Position numbers and translations under genes: made by a program. The notes under the pieces are model-generated. The model searched no databases and had not been told where the DNA came from. It worked only from the letters and a program-made list of their open reading frames with translations. From positions 310,001 through 374,000 of the forward strand of contig QPGO01000024.1 of assembly GCA_008632985.1 (NCBI GenBank): a stretch of 64,000 nt of DNA. Direction: 5' to 3'. The stretch is from Psammoneis japonica (Eukaryota). Positions 24,671 through 37,005 of this stretch are shown in pieces. The first letter of the stretch is position 1. Every line of letters starts with the position of its first letter.

Positions 24671-25171
24671 TCCCTAATTAAATTCTACATGTAAGTTGTG
24701 GCAAATAAATCGAATAGATAAAACAGGATGTCAAATACGAAATCATCATGCGTTTTCTGCACCAGTTAACTACAGCATTTACATGTTCATTCGGAAATGT
24801 CAATTGGTTTTCTCTCTCTACATTCAATGCTCGCAACAATGCTGGTTTTCAGATCTCTGCATGGGCATCCAATCAAAATGGACAATGCACACCTTTTGCA
24901 GCAAAGACAAATCAACCCATCTGGCATTGCAGCATCCTTTCAATCCACACTCAACAGAGGCGAGCACACGCCAAAGACTTGCAGAGAGAACAAAAGGCTC
25001 TTGAGCACACAAAACAAGAAGAGAGTTGATGCACCCCTCTTGTTTGAACCTTGGGCCCTCAAGTGGCACATGGTTTGGCTGGCTCTGCAACTGGTTGGGA
25101 GGTTGATGGCTTTTTCATGACTCACAGCTTGAGGCTTCTTGTTGGCACACGAACTCGCCCGTGCAATGTTG

Positions 25172-25791
25172 CCTTTGGAGCCTGCTGCTTGCTGGAGCTG
25201 AGATCATGTGGAGAGCTCTCCACATGCCTGGGCTTTGTCACTCAGATGCTCAATCACAAAATCATCTTCTCTTGCACTGTGGCTGCTTGGCTTTCATCAA
25301 CAAAATCTGTGGCAGCCCAGGCCATCCTGAGCACTCGTGACAAAACAGCTCTCCTGCAAAACCCTTCTGCTTGTTCCCCCCCCCCAGAGTGGTTCTTGGC
25401 AACAGCGCCACCCACAAACCAAGCTGCAGTCATGACTGTTTGCTGAGCTGCCAGCTGAGAAATTGAAACCAAGGTTGAGAGCCAAGCATGAGACCTCCTG
25501 TGTGATGTGCCTGCAACAAGCCTCTCCACACAACAGTGCTGCACATGGGGTCTGAAGCAAGAGGCACATGTTTTGATGCACAAGCAAGTGTGCAACATCA
25601 CCTTTGGAGCACGCTGCTCACTGGAGCTTGAGCCAAGGACAGCTCTCTGTGTCCAAACCATGTCTGTCAGATGCTCAGTCACAAAAACATCTTCTCTTGC
25701 TGTGGCTGCTTGGCTTCCATCAAAAGAAAGTTCCCACAACCCAGGCTGCCCCAGCCACCATTGACAGAATGGCTCCTGCAAAACTTTTCTG
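25172..25791 (+). repeat. Diverged direct repeat of about 200 bp with about 429-bp offset (25172-25370 vs 25601-25791)
   Basis: Shared CCTTTGGAGC…CTGGAGCT…CAGATGCTCA.TCACAAAA.CATCTTCTCTTGC…TGTGGCTGCTTGGCTT.CATCAA…CTCCTGCAAAAC. Confidence 0.8.
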
Positions 25792-26410
25792 CATGTTTCC
25801 CTCCTCCCCTGCAGAGCTGCTCTTGGCAACAGTGTTGTCTGCATGCCAGGCTCCAATCAAGATGGTCTGCCAAGCTGCACCAGCTGAGATGCCCAACTTG
25901 AGTTTGCAGGCTCCCAGAACCACAAGACACACAGAGGGCAGCAATGCATGTCTGGTGCTGGTGGCAATGCTGAGCTCTTCATCATCAGAGGGCACAACAC
26001 AGTGATCTGGCTTTGTCTTTTCATTGTGATTTTTATCTGTTTGACAGACAAAATTTTTGCAGTTTCAAACCTCGTCAGTTGTGCAGCTGGCAAAAAAATT
26101 TAATCTGTGACAGTTGATTTTTTTCACTGTAGAGACATCTTTTTATCTGCAAGAGTGAACCTCAACTGTGCAAACGTCCCCCCTCTTTTCCCAATTAGCG
26201 TGTGCCTTCATTCACTGCAACTGCTGACAATCAATGTCATTGTCAATTTTCACATCATGTGACAGTTTTACAATTTAAAGGGATGAACACAATGAACTTG
26301 GTCAGCTCTTTTCAATCAACCAAGACGCATTGCTGTGGTTTTTCAACATCGGTTGTCAATCAATGCTGAGTCAATGCCACAGTCCTGGTCATCCTACATC
26401 TCCAATTTGC

Positions 26411-27607
26411 TCACACTGGAGTCTCATTTCCTTCGCTTCCATCACTGTCTTCCTGGCTGGCTTCGTCTTCCTCCTCATTTTCTCTGCCACCTGGTGTCTC
26501 CGTTGCTTCATCGTCCTCCTCGTCGTCACTGGAAAGTTCCAATGTAGCCTGCATTCTTGTCTCCGTTTTTGCTGGCTCTTGAGTGGTTCTCGCCTTTTTT
26601 CCCTTTTCTTCGCTCTCCTTTTTCTTTTTGTCTGTGCACCACGTGTCGAAATGCACACCGTGCTCTCTCGCCCTGTCTTCCTTTGCCTCCTTTGGCAATT
26701 CGTTGAAGTGCTTCATTCCTTCATCCTTCCAAGAGTCACGCTGTCGCGATGGGTCTGTGTGCAATGGAGCCGGTTTTTCCTCTTCGCTCCCTTCCTCATC
26801 TAACTCCTGCACCTTCTTGTGCTCCCAAACCTTCCAGCAGTTTTCCATCATCAACAGGGCCAGTGCCTCATTGCTTGCAGCAGCCAGATCTGTGGCCTTG
26901 GTGCTTCCGGACTCCACCATCCTCCTCCACATCGCAGTGCTCTTCATGAATTTTAGGACGTTGTCGTAGAACCATGCGCATGCCTCTCTGTTCTTTCGCT
27001 TCTCCTTTGCAATTGTGTCCACTGTCCCATCCTCCCAAGTCGCAATGAACTCTTCCTCAATGTCAGCTTCGTCCTGTTTCCGCTTCTTTCCGCATCTCTT
27101 CTTCCTTGCTTCTTTCTTTTTTTTGTCTCGGATTTCCTCTGCTTGTTTTTCTGTTGTGACGACTGTAGAAAAACAAGCAATTCATTGGCAGCACCACTTT
27201 CTATTCTTGCTTCGGAAATGCTCCATTCCTCCTCACTTGCCACTCACCGCACTCCTCATTGTCGTCTGACACACGGTGTTTCTTTTTGCGTTGATCGCAT
27301 TGAGCACGCTTTTTTTAGCCCAGTCCTCCCATGATCCCGCCCATTCGCGCTTGCTGAACTTGCCATCTGCTGTGTTTTTGCGCACTGCCCTTGACACCTT
27401 GCCGCCACTCACCATGTCTGCCTTCACAAGGAATTTTGCCTTTGGGAAGAGCTCTCTCCGTGCCACCTCTTCCACCTCTCTCTTCAGTGGCTTGTGATCC
27501 GCCACAGCCCCCGACCGCTGCAATGCCGCCACAAGCCTCGGGCTGTGGGGCGCTCCCTCTGCCCCTGCAGCATCCATCTTAGCCGCTTTCTTCCTCCTTC
27601 CTGTCAC
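26411..27607 (-). pseudogene. Hypermutated two-exon gene of an uncharacterised, probably TE-associated family; intron 27163-27240 with a GC donor
   Basis: Exons join in frame (…SAVS|VVTTEKQ…). Motifs SNEALALLMMEN(Y>C)W and W.DEG.K(Y>H)FNEL; acidic tail. TE association is recollection and inference. Confidence 0.65.
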
Positions 27608-27954
27608 CCTTGACTCACTGTGTCGCTGTCAGTTCCTCCTGTCTGCAATCGCGCAGTGCAACAGCTCTTGCGAGGAAGATTGTCTTTGCAAAATTTCAAA
27701 CCTGTTCCCAACACTTTATGGCAATGCCACCTCCCCATCCTCATGTGTTGTTGACTGTCAAATCTTTCCCAAATCATTGCATTTAACGATTTTCATCATT
27801 TGACTTTGAAAGCCACATGCTTGGTTACATTCATTTCAGTTCAAGTGACCAATTGTTCAATTTGAATTGCACAATTAAATGTTGATGACAATCTCGACAT
27901 GCAACTGGATCATTGCATTTGAAACTTTCAATTGTGCAGAATCACACATGAACA

Positions 27955-30900
27955 TCAATCGCCACAGGTCAGAAGTTTGCATCCATGCTCCATGCGCTCT
28001 CCAACAGAAACTCGGTGCCAAAACGATCTCCAACCCAATTCTTCCATTGCATCCTCCTCCAAATGGACAATGACAAAATCGCTGCACCTCCCCTCACATG
28101 AGCAATCAGTCATGCGATCAAACGCACTGGTTGCCTCACTGACACACCCAACAAAACGCTCGACGTGATTGCGATGAATCGTTTCCTTTTTCATTTTTAG
28201 ATGTTGTCTCCGCAGTCTCCTGTCCTTTTCATTGTCACAACAACCGAAGGACCCCCCACCCAAGCCCATTTTCTTGATTGTTTCCAAAATCCAACAGTTG
28301 ACCTTCCTTGGCATCAATTCAAAGAACTCCAATTCGTCACACCGCCACAACCTGCAAGGTGCGTCTCACTCTGCTTGTCACTCGAACAAACGCGCCAGCT
28401 TCCTTGCATCAAACACGATGCCCTTTCGGTCCATGACCAGTTTGTGCACATCTCCTGAACCATTGTCCAATGTGAGCGGTCCGCAATTCCCGCTTTGGTC
28501 CATTCCACATGTGGGCAAGCTGACGGTTGATTCCCTGCTTAACGAATCAACATCTTGATTGTCAATCGCCAGACAAAGCTCGCCCTCCCTTGATCCAGCT
28601 GCAAACTCATCAAACAGCTCATCGCTTGGGTCGTTTAACCAACCGCTTGCCGCGTGCTGTTCTCCCTGCCTCTCCGGGTGCGTTGCCAGTGAGCTCCAAT
28701 GCTGGCGTGTTTTGTGAGCATTCCTCGCTTGCTCAATGATCAAACAAGAACGCTCGTCCTTGTCGTGAATGGAGAACATGGCCTGTGCAGCGTGCATGCA
28801 TTCCCTCACTTCCCTTGTCCATTCATGCATGTTCTCATGCACCCGGGTCATGATGTTGCATTTGGTTTCCCACAGTTCCTTCCACTTCTCCTTGATGGTC
28901 CATTCATCTCTTTCCATGATCATCAAATGAATCTCCCAAATTTCTTCGACATCTACGGGCTCTCCGCCCAAGTCACCGCACGCTGCTTTGCTGTGCGAGC
29001 AAATTAAACTGCACATGTCCATGCAGTCTCTTTGCAAGTGGGGGTTGTTGGATGGTTCCTTCCTGCCGAATCTCACTAAAATCTGCTCCCCTGTGTGCCC
29101 AAACATCGCAGGCAGCCTTGCAGCGTTGTTCCATTAAATTGGGACAGAACTCATCGGTGGTGACGTTGTCGTTGAGCCAAAGCAGAACTGCATGGATTTC
29201 GTCAACCATCAGGTCGACTGGGTCACCAGCGGTGCCAATGTGCCTGTCGTCAATGAAAACCTCAGCGAAATTGTCGCAGGTCAAATTGGTTGGGCTGATC
29301 CTGCCTGCCTGTGGATCACCGAACAAAACGCCAAACTCATTGATCAAGCAATTGGCGAATTGCAGAAATGGGTCAATGCCTCGGCAACATGGCTCAGGCA
29401 GGTGCTTGTCACCGACACAGTGGAATCGGTGACACCCAGTTGGACAACCAGCATGAATGGCCAACCGCATGACTCGCTTCGGATCTGGCCCAGATCTGCA
29501 CATGATGTTCTTGAAACGGAACAGAGCTGTGCTTGGGGCGGACAGGTGAAAGTCCCTCACAGGGAATGTGGGGAACTTGAGCCGATCCATGCACACACAG
29601 GGAATTCCCGTGTCACCGCCTCCACCAATGACAACATCATTCCATGGCCGGCTGTCATCAAGCAAGAGTTTTTGAATGTACGTGCGGTCAGGACAGAGTC
29701 AGGATGGGTGGGACCATTGTGTTGGAGATCCATGTCTTTAAGTGCAAAATCGAGCTGAGCTCGGTTGTGGTGCATCCGAGTCAACATCGGGTTCATGTCG
29801 CACTTGTCGTCACAGCATTGACCGATGGGGCTTCTGCTGTTGGTGACTGCCTTGAAGGACCATGTGTCGCCAAAGGCATCCATGACAAAGAAACAACCAG
29901 CAGCTGTTTTCCGATGTCGAAGCCAGGTGCAGTTTTTTACGTCGCGATGTCCTTCACAAAATTGACCACGGGACATGCACAATCCCTGCAGGGTGACGTC
30001 CTCACGACGGAAACATGGACAACCCATTTCATCACAAAATGCTTTCCAATGCTCTTTGCACCGAAGTGACCAGTTGAACGGTGGGGGGTTGCAAAGCTTC
30101 CGAAGCTCGACGTCGTTTTTGCAAAGCTGAATCGAGTCAAGAATGTCAGCGACCATGGCCTTGATTTTGGAAGACTCCTTCGCGTCGAAGTTGTCATCAG
30201 GATCAAAAACATGAAGACCACACGTGGCCTTGGGTTTGGCTGATTTTGCAGAGCCAGGCTCCTTCGGATGACATGACCGACCAGCACAGCCAATCTTGAT
30301 CCTTCGTCTGTCTTCGTTGTCAACTGCCAGCGATCCATGACATTTGAAATCTGACTCTCCCTTCAACAAAATGAAAATCAAAAGGGCAGGAATGTGCACA
30401 CGAAGGCAACCAAAGTGCCCTTTGTAAAGAGAGTTTGCATGACGGGCAACAGAGAGTTCGTCTGAGCAGTGATCGAGGTCAGGAGGATGCTCGGCTCTCA
30501 CATGAGATGCGGCAGTTGGGTCGCTGATGGGGGTTTTGTCAGAAAAGATGTGCCAGTTTTCCCTGAGGTTGTCGGCAAGGTAAAAGTCAGCAGCAGAATG
30601 GTGGAGCACACGCTCCGTGTCAGTTGCCTTGTCAATGATGTGAAGGCGTGACACATGAGCAGCAACTTCGTCTGAGGCAACAGATCGACACTTGGACGGG
30701 TCAAAGTGCTGTCGGAGTGTAGACTTGTCCAACCACGACATGTCGTTGGGGTCCAGTGGGGGAGACGATGCAACCCGGTGGAGAGGCTGGCAGCTGGGAG
30801 GGAGGACCTTCCAGTGAAGAGGAAGGTTTGTGGGAATCCATGGTTTCTGACAAAGTGGGAAGGTTGGCGGTGAGAGTGCGGTTTGCCTCCCGCAATGACG

Positions 30901-32181
30901 GCAGGTTGGCAGACGAAGGAGGACGTGCCTTGGCAGAGCGTGATGCAGTCTTTGGCTTCTTGTTGGGGACGGTCAAGGAAGGCTCTTACGCGGCGAATGT
31001 GAACAATGGGATAAAATGTGGACACATGAGAAGACAGATGCGCAAGAAACATGCTGCAACAAGGAGGGGGGGGGGCACGCACCGTCGTACAAACAGGTGC
31101 CATCTTTGTGGGTCCTCCCAATTTTGCGTTTGGTTTTGGATTGATGCTCTTGTTTGTTGTCATCATCCAAGCAGTCGGCCCTCTGACCACGCATTCTGCA
31201 TTGAAGGATTGTGAGCAACTTGCTGTGCTTGGGTTGTATGCCAGGTTGTTCTTGGGACAGCGCTTCCCAAACTCGTGGTTCAACATGGAATTTGTTTTTT
31301 CTTCACACGCCTCCCGACGGGCAAGGGAATCACCAGCCATTGTCACTTTGTTCTTTGTGTTGCCGATTTGGTCCGGAGCAAGGCATTCCTCAACATTGTC
31401 CGCCTGAGAGCCCGGGTCGTTAGAATCGCGTGGGTCAATGGCGCCACTCCTTTTGTGATTGGACATGGCAAAAAATCTGCATGAACCAGCAGTCAAAGTC
31501 ATTTTGTTTGCACTGAACGTGGCGCGTTGCGATTTTGGTGACAAAAAATGCACCGTGGAGGTCTTGTGCACGGTCGTCAATCAGTTTTTTGAGATTGTCT
31601 TCCTTTGGAAACCGGAAACAAGGCTTGCCGGAAATGGGGTCATTCAGGTCATCACCGGTGACAATCGCACAGACAAATTCTGCCATGGCTTTGATGTTGC
31701 GGTGAAGATTCACACGGCGCTCTTCTTGTTTAACTGTCTCTCCGGGCGTTTTGGAGAAATGGAGAGCTTCACCCAAATTTCGATGACGAAGGTGGCATTG
31801 ACCTTTCAGCGAGCGGGATTTCTTCAGGGACCAACCACGAGTCTTGATGTGAGACCAAACGTCAGGGCATCCAAGAGTTTTCCTGACGACATTGTTGGCA
31901 CGGACAACTTCCGCAACATGTGGAATTCGACGTAACTTCGGCTTGTGGCAAAGGAAGGGAAGAGCAAGAAATTGCGGAGAGGGAGTCCATTTCGTCGATT
32001 CCAAAAACTGCTTTTTGGATGCACGCATTGAAACCATGCTTTTGAGCTTGGGACCAAACAACTCCATTCCAAAACCATTGGCAAAATGTTCCATGTCATC
32101 AAAATCATGTTCATCAGGAAATTGGAAGGAAGGATCAGGGTCGACCTCGTCGTGAGACGGGGTGAAGTCATTGACCGCCAT
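27955..32181 (-). pseudogene. About 4.2-kb hypermutated, frameshifted gene of unknown function
   Basis: Chain of same-strand ORFs (31435..32181, 29557..30741, 28973..29665, 28378..29106, 27955..28350) with protein-like composition but almost no Tyr. Confidence 0.6.
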
Positions 32182-33505
32182 GGCAAGAGGTCAGTTGTGA
32201 ATCGCATAGAAAGCACGTGGATGACAACAGCACATGCTCAGGTGGAAAGTGCTTTGGGGAGAGGATGCACTGTTGTGAAATGTGCAGATGATTGCGCATG
32301 TAGAATGAGTGCTCGAAGCAGGGCAGAGAGCCATGCACCGAAATTCCGGGAGGTGCTGGAAAAATGACACTGGAAATGTGCATGGGGGAGACTGGAGCAC
32401 ACCGAACAGCAGAGGACATGCCAGTCAACACGGTGGGGTGTGCATGATGTGGAGCTGTTAAAAACCAAAATCAAAGATGTCGGTTCAATGCAAATGTGAT
32501 GACAAGATCAAATGGAAATGCACAAAATCCAGTGAAACCAAAAATCAAATTAAATTGTCAAGAATGATCAAACACAAACAGATGACAAATGTCGGCATAA
32601 AAAGCATTTGACAAGTTCAGTGTGTTGTTTCACTTTACATGCGAAAATCACAATTAAAGGTGCAATGAAATTGATGTTAATTGGCAACATTCGTGCACAG
32701 AAAATTGAAAACCACTGTGTTGCAGCCTCTGATGATGTGCAGCTTCCCAGTGGCACACCCAGACCTTCAGAACACCAGCACAACCACAAGAGTTGACCTC
32801 CTTGTGCAGTCACAACAGCACTTTGCACCATCTGCAAAAGGAGTGCAGGCAGCCTGGCTCCTGGGCTGCATGACCCCACATGCCACAGCTTTTCACAGCT
32901 GAGCAAGAGACACCAGTGTTTCAAAAACCCTGAGCCAAGGTTGGAGCTGGCAGGAGCTCATGTCATTGGCACCCCCAATGCCACAGCTGCAAAATTGCAC
33001 ACAAGCCTCCTCAAGCTCGTGTTTGTCATTTGTTGGCACAGCAGAACAACTTTGAGCTTGCTGTTGGCACAAAAAAGCTCTGAGCGAGGTTGGGCCCAAG
33101 AGTCATTGAGCATGCTGAGTGCACAACCTGAGACATGCCAGCAACAAAACTCTCTACACAGCAGTGCAGCCAGAACCTCTCTCACTCTTCTCTCAAGAGC
33201 TTGCTCAGGACAACACACCAGGGTTTGAAAAGCAAGCAGCCAAGCTTGCATGTTTTTCTTCTCCCTGGCCCTCCCCAGATGCAGCCTTTGAGCCAATGGT
33301 CACCCTGAAGTTGCAATGTGCACCCAGCTTTTGCCCCTGCGGCAGCCACCCCAGACCACAAAGAAGAAGCCAACGAATCTCTGGCCCAGCTTGCATGGTC
33401 AATTTTTGTGTGCATCGAATGGTTGAATCCCCTCCTTTTTTCCCTTTTCCGTTGACCGGCCACGAATGTGAAAAAATTGCCAATGAAGCAGGAATCATCT
33501 GACTG

Positions 33506-34790
33506 CAAAACCAGGCCTGCGGGGAGCATTGACCACTTGTCTTTCTTTGTGGATGTGGGTGTGTGCCGTTGCATGCTGCATTGCCTGTGCGCATGCAGGG
33601 CTCTGCCGCCGGGGCCAGCATTGTGGCGGCTGAGTGGCGTGGCCACCGCACCGGTGATGCGGATGACCGTTGTGTTTGATGTCTCATGCCATTTTTGGGG
33701 CTGCAGCGAGGTGCACAGACACTCTTTTTTTTTCCAATTTATCGCCACAATGGCGCATCGCACAAACTCACTTGTTGTTCGACATGTTTTCCCAAGTGTG
33801 GCTGTTTCGTGTAGAGTTCACGACAAATTGTCTTTGCCAACAACTGAACACATTTTTCAACATGCCACGCCGGCAATCCCAATTTTTCAGCACTTTCGAG
33901 CTCTCCTGAAAAGCCGTGCCACGCACCCGTCGCAGGGAATTTGTCGTGTTTTTAGGATGTCCCCACGACCTCTCATGTCCTCAATGATCATTCTGCGAAT
34001 CTGAAGAGTTCATCTGTGCTGAACAACCCATCCCGTTCCAAAATCCGAGGGACACACTTTCAAATTCAGATGGACAACCCGACTGCCCGACCCCCCGACT
34101 GCCCGACTGCCCGACCGACACAAAACCAGGCCTGCGGGGAGCATTGACCACTTGTCTTTCTTTGTGGGTGTGGGTGTGTGCCGTTGCATGCTGCATTGCC
34201 TGTGCGTGCGCAGGGCCCTGCCGCCGGGGCCGGCATTGTGGCTGCTGAGTGGCGTGGCCACCGCACCGGTGACGTGGATGACCGTCACATTTGATGTCTC
34301 ATGCCATTTTTGGGGCTGCAGCGAGGTGCACGGACACTCTTTTTTTTCCAATTTATCGCCACAATGGCGCATCGCACAAACTCACTCATTGTTCGACATG
34401 TTTTCCCCAACGTGACTTTTTCATGTGGAATTTCATGACAAATTGTCTTTGCACATGACTGAACACATTTTTGAACATGCCACGCCGGCAATCCCAATTT
34501 TTCAGACTTTTCGAGCTCTCCTGAAAAACCGTGCCATGCACCCGTCGCAGGGAATTTGTCGATTTTTTAGGATGTCCCCACAACCTCTCATGTCCTCAAT
34601 GACAATTCTGCGAATCCAAAGAATTCATCTGTGCTGAACAACCCACACCCTTTCAAAATCCAAGGGACACACTTTCAAATTCAGATGGACAACCCGACTG
34701 CCCGACTGCCCGACTGCCCGACTGCCCGACTGCCCACTGCCCGACTGCCCGACCCCCCGACTGCCCGACTGCCCGACCCCCCGACTGCCG
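33506..34790 (+). repeat. Tandem duplication with a 615-bp period, each unit ending in a (CCCGACTG)n array
   Basis: Units start CAAAACCAGGCCTGCGGGGAGC at 33506 and 34121; octamer arrays at 34078-34117 and 34693-34790. Confidence 0.95.
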
Positions 34791-34802
34791 GACCCACACG
34801 AA

Positions 34803-34872
34803 AAAGTCTGCAATCACCAACCACTGAGTGGTCAATGAAAGTCTGCGATCACCAACCACTGAGTGGTCAATG
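34803..34872 (+). repeat. 35-bp direct repeat x2 with an internal palindrome ACCACT-G-AGTGGT
   Basis: AAAGTCTGC(A/G)ATCACCAACCACTGAGTGGTCAATG at 34803 and 34838. Confidence 0.9.
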
Positions 34873-35113
34873 ATAAAGCAGGAATAAAAAGGGCATCACA
34901 GGAATCTTGACCTCCGATGATTCGTTGACGACTACATGCCGTGTAGGCGAGTGTGCTTTTTCACAACAACGAGCGCGCGGATCCATGACTCATTCGAATC
35001 GAGACGACAACCAACACCGCGCACAACAAAGACACAACAAACACCAAAGACGCTACGCATTGGTGACACGTCGTTGCTACCGTCTCTATCACATCATTGC
35101 GCTTACACCAACC

Positions 35114-36505
35114 ATGTCTACTCAAAGGAATTCTATTACTCCTCTACAAGATGTATTGAATGCTCCAGCAGAGAAGGCGCGAAGCCGCCGTCACGACGAG
35201 AACAACGAATCCGCCACGGATGATGAGTTTTCCGCCACCAAAAAGAAGCCTCGGCTCAATTTGTTGCAGCGCGGTGACAATGGCAAGCCTACCACCAACA
35301 AGAAGCCACGAATTGACTCGTTGTTGCCGACCCGCCACCAACCAGTCGCTTCCGCACCGAGCCGCCAAGAACAAGTCCTCGCTTCTACTGCGAGTGTGAC
35401 TCGCAGCAACAACAAGAAACCGCGCCGATCTCCGAGCACACCCAAACCGGCATCCAACAAGCAATTTCTTGATCGCCGCAAGGCAGAGGGCCGAGAAATG
35501 GAAGATGTTGCCGGCGAGGAACGTCAGAAGCTCAAGAAAGACTTGCTTCCTTTCTTGACAGACAAACAGCGTGCCAAATATGGTCCAGGCACATAAAGTG
35601 ATGGGCAAAAAAGGTACGTCAAATGGTTGTCTGATGCAATCAGCCGTATCGTAGGAAAGGTCCGTCGCAAAGATCGCATCAACACGCGATTCGCAGTTTC
35701 ACAAACCCGCCAAAACGGTGACCCCAACTGTTGCGCGGCAGAAAACGTCAGGATCAAGAATCAACAGCCGAGCATTCTTCGCAGCAAGGAAGCGTATGAA
35801 GAACGAAATCCGGATCGGATTGTCGAGAATGAGTCCAGAAAGAGTGCACGAAAGCGCTACGATCAGACTGATGAGGGCAAGGAGAGCCTCAAGCGTCGTG
35901 CTAAAGCAAAAGAGCAGCGAAGGTACGCAAAACGCCAAGAACAATTGGCGGAAGAGCTCCAGAAACGAAAGGACAGTGGATTGTCTGAGTTCAGTCCTGC
36001 TGACGTGGAAGCCAAAGCTAACGAGATCTTTGACACTCCTGGTTTGGTTGTCAAAGAGTATCCGAATTTGTCGCTTTGGGATTGCATCACCGGCAACCTG
36101 GTGACGGCGTACTATGGTCTTGCGAGATGGGAAGATCGCATGGAGTGGGGCGAACCATTCCGTTTCCTATGCCACAAGAAGGAGACAAACCGCCCGCCAC
36201 TGCAATGGCAAGTCGATTCATCGGTCCCGCCAACTTTTATTGAGTGGGACGATGCCAAAGACTTTCTTGGATTCAAGTACGGAGTTGTTTTCAAGCAAGC
36301 CAGCAACTGTGGCTTTGGTGCCTGGAGCCTTGAAAAGGCACTCGCAACCAAGGTGCAGCACCTCAAGCTTGGTGTTCAACGTCTCAACCGCGTAGCTGGT
36401 GCCGGAAAAACCTTCCGTGACAAACCTGGTGTTTACCATGTCTTCGTCACCTATGCGCTTGTAGAGAGACTCAAACAATTTCCCGCCCTGGTTGTCGTTG
36501 AGTGA
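35114..36505 (+). pseudogene. Unmutated orphan ORF split by one in-frame TAA (35594-35596); C-terminal domain possibly GIY-YIG-like
   Basis: ORFs 34907..35596 and 35627..36505 are in the same frame; Tyr content normal; NLS-like KKPR repeats; AYYGL…R…AWSLEKAL…RLNR. Confidence 0.6.
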
Positions 36506-36769
36506 TCATCATGTAAAGTAGTGAATTCCTTTTTTCTGAATTGGCCAATCATTGTAAACTTGGTTTCTCCCTCGTCAACTTGGCTTTCACCTCACTCGCG
36601 ACAGCCTTGTTCGAGGTCAGCGGATCCGGAATCATGGAGCTCAAAGCGAAGGAAGCGACGAATCTTCAGCTGTTTGTCGCCAAGGGTGCTGCAATTGGAC
36701 GCGTTGTCAATTCGCTTCCTTACCGTGTCCTGTTCCATAGGAATATTCGTCAGTTAGGTCAAAAAGGGA

Positions 36770-36922
36770 GGCCTCTAATAGGGATGATAGATGATAACGA
36801 AAAACAACCATTGATCTTTTATGGTTGTGAGAAAATAATAAAATACCGAAGTACCGGTACTGGCTGCTGGCTGGTGTTCATAAAGTAATTCAAACAAACG
36901 ACGGCTGTACGGTTCAAAAAGG
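36770..36922 (+). repeat. Dispersed AT-rich repeat, homologous to 24356-24470, immediately 3' of tRNA-Gln
   Basis: Collinear blocks; differs mainly by micro-duplications and one insertion. Confidence 0.85.
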
Positions 36923-36933
36923 GTAAAAATCAC

Positions 36934-37005
36934 TTCTCTTGCCCGGATTCGAACCGGGGATGCTTGATTCAAAGTCAAGAGTGATAACCACTTCACTACA
37001 AGAGG
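36934..37005 (-). tRNA. trnQ-UUG: tRNA-Gln(TTG)
   Basis: CCTCTTG TA GTGA AGTGGTTA TCAC T CTTGA CTTTGAA TCAAG CATC CCCGG TTCGAAT CCGGG CAAGAGA A; full cloverleaf; T5 terminator downstream. Confidence 0.95.

Larger units (their letters stand above)
24790..34890. other. TpA-depleted hypermutated domain D4 (nest of degenerate elements)
   Basis: About 10 kb with very few TA; CpG lost at the ends but partly retained in 26300-32200 and 33500-34800. Confidence 0.85.

Noticed and set aside
24790..34890. Classical RIP or CpG deamination alone as the cause of the skew
   Set aside because: C->T changes cannot remove TpA or turn Tyr into Cys/His, and CpG is retained in parts that lack TA.
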